Shown here: positions 62,210 through 64,000 of the stretch, piece by piece
How positions within the stretch are numbered: the first letter of the stretch is position 1
Layout: the number at the start of each line of letters is the position of its first letter
Origin: Chiloscyllium plagiosum
Taxonomy: Eukaryota
Reading direction: 5' to 3'
DNA length: 64,000 bases
Assembly (NCBI RefSeq): GCF_004010195.1
Contig: NC_057719.1
Coordinates: 88,486,333-88,550,332 of the forward strand
Made by a program: the position numbers and the translations under genes
The notes under the pieces: model-generated
What the model was told of the DNA's origin: nothing
Seen by the model: the letters and a program-made list of their open reading frames with translations, nothing else
Databases searched by the model: none

Positions 62210-62497
62210 GGGCGGCACGGTGGCAAAGTGGTTGGCCTCACAGCGCCAGAGACACGGGTTCAGTTCCCGCCTCAGGCAACTGACTTTTTACCGTGCCTGC
62301 GTGGGTTTCCTTTGGGTGCTCTGGTTTCCTCCCACAGTCCAAAAATGTGCAGGTTAGGTGAATTGGCCATGCTAAATTGCTGTAGTGTTAGGTGAAGGGG
62401 TAAATGTAGGGGAATGGGTCTGGGTGGGTTGCGCTTAGGCGGGTCAGTGTGGACTCGTTGGGCCGAAGGGCCTGTTTCTACACTGTAAGTAATCTAA
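62210..62497 (+). mobile_element. HE1-like SINE with small deletions
   Basis: gggcggcacggtggc...ctgtaagtaatctaa. Confidence 0.9.
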
Positions 62498-62874
62498 ACC
62501 CGCCTCGTGTCTTGCTATTTTAGTATTTAAGTGATTGTGTCAACTGCTGAGTTTTTAGCAACAGTGAGAATCTCGTCGCACTTGCATCCATGTGTGCTCT
62601 CAGTCTCCAGTTTGTCATGCAAACTTTGCCGGAACGTTCCCAAGGAAGTGGATACGATAAACAATTCTCTTTGCTTGTTCCCCATCTGCCAAATTACCTA
62701 ATAAGTTCTCTCCTCTGTATCTACTCAGTGTGATCTATTAACCCTGTAGGGTCCTGTCTAAATAACAGAAATTCCAGTGTTTTAATCTGATTCTGAATTG
62801 GCTTTCTGATGTAGTCTGTATCTTTAGGAGAATATTTCGCTGTTTGGCTGTTAATTGTGACATTTTAAGTCTAT

Positions 62875-63230
62875 ATAGATCATGGAACCCCTACAGTGTG
62901 GAAACAGGCCATTTGGCCCAACAAATCCACACCACCCCTCTGAAGAATAACCCACTCAGACCCATTCCCCTACTATATTACTCTACATTTCCCCTGACTA
63001 ATGCACCTAACCTACACATCCCTGAACACTTTAGGCGATTTCACATGGCCAATTCACCTAACCTGCACAGCTTTGGACTGTGGGACAAAACCAGAGCACC
63101 CCAAGAAAACTCACAGAGACACAAGGAGAATGTGCAAACTCCACACAGACAATTGACTGAGGCTGGAATTGAACCTGAATCCCTGATGTGTTAGGCAGCG
63201 GTGCTCACCGCTCAGCCAACGTATCGCCCA
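62875..63230 (-). mobile_element. HE1-like SINE (older)
   Basis: Head, V-domain and tail are recognisable. Confidence 0.87.
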
Positions 63231-63844
63231 AACGAGGATCATTCCCAATTGAAAAGAAAACCTGAATGACATTGCTCTGTATCAGAAACACCCAGATCTT
63301 GATACCATAGCTCTGAATACTGTACACATTTTAAATTGTGATAGGAGGTCCCAATTTATACTACATGTTTTGACATGTCTCTGATGTACCCTTGCTTGCT
63401 ATTAATCTGACACACAGACACAGGCAGAATATGATCTTGTTTTTAAGGAATGGACAACTTCTTTGTGACAGTTCAACTTGAGAACAAGAATCCAAACTTT
63501 CAACCCTCACCCAACTAACCCACCTCACTCATGATTATTAATAGTCTGGAGAGCAGGATAATCCAGCCCAATATCACAAGATAGAAGCTCCTGTGACAGG
63601 TGTGGGATGGATCCTGAAAAGATTATCTCTGTCTATCTATGGTTTCAAACAAATAATCATCTACTTTTAATTAAATCATATGATGTGGGCACACACTCTG
63701 GGACAGCATTCATTGCCAGTCACCAGTCACCCGGTGAAAGAACAAAGAACAAAAAAAAATTACAGCACAGGAACAGGCCCTTCGGCCCTCCAAGTCTGTG
63801 CCAATCCAGATCCTCTATTTAAACCATTTTGGTCTATTTTCTAA

Positions 63845-64000
63845 ACCAAAAGAGAAAATGCTGGAAACTCTCAGCAGGCCTGGCAGCATTTGTAAGGAGA
63901 GAAAAGAACTGACGTTTCGAGTCTAACTGACTCTTTGACCAGCTTTGACAAAGGGTCAGTTAGACTTGAAACGTCAGCGCTTTTCTCTCCTTACAGATGC
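63845..64000. mobile_element. Fold-back element, family B variant, cut by the window end
   Basis: gcatttgtaaggagagaaaag...ctgacgtttcgagtctaactgac / gtcagttagacttgaaacgtcag...cttttctctccttacagatgc, axis at ~63941. Confidence 0.85.

Noticed and set aside
5131..63230. Minus-strand excess of SINEs (about 12 versus 5) as evidence for an enclosing host gene
   Set aside because: The sample is small and not independent, and I could not identify any exon. An intronic location is possible but unsupported.

Overview
Repeat-dense eukaryotic DNA, inferred to come from an elasmobranch (shark) because of many HE1-type V-SINEs, CR1 LINEs and Deu-domain SINE relics. I find no host protein-coding exon and no intact transposon ORF. 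Nearly every ORF in the track is a decayed LINE fragment or a read-through of a SINE or satellite. The window holds about 25 CR1 fragments (including a three-level nest at 14.8-22.0 kb), one decayed Rex1/Babar LINE, one young 5'-truncated L1-type insertion with poly(A) and TSD, about 17 HE1-like SINEs, and two oppositely oriented arrays of a 33-bp minisatellite that appears to derive from a Deu-SINE core. The most notable system is Penelope-like (PLE): a 5'-truncated copy encoding a GIY-YIG endonuclease (36.9-37.6 kb), a 1.09-kb fold-back palindrome with a TSD (9.2-10.3 kb), and about 14 short fold-back or half elements in three arm families. These carry minimal hammerhead-ribozyme-like cores, often one arm 35-47 nt longer than the other, and several have 12-17 bp TSDs. 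All calls were made by eye. Boundaries of decayed repeats are approximate (tens of bp) and family names need Dfam/Repbase confirmation.
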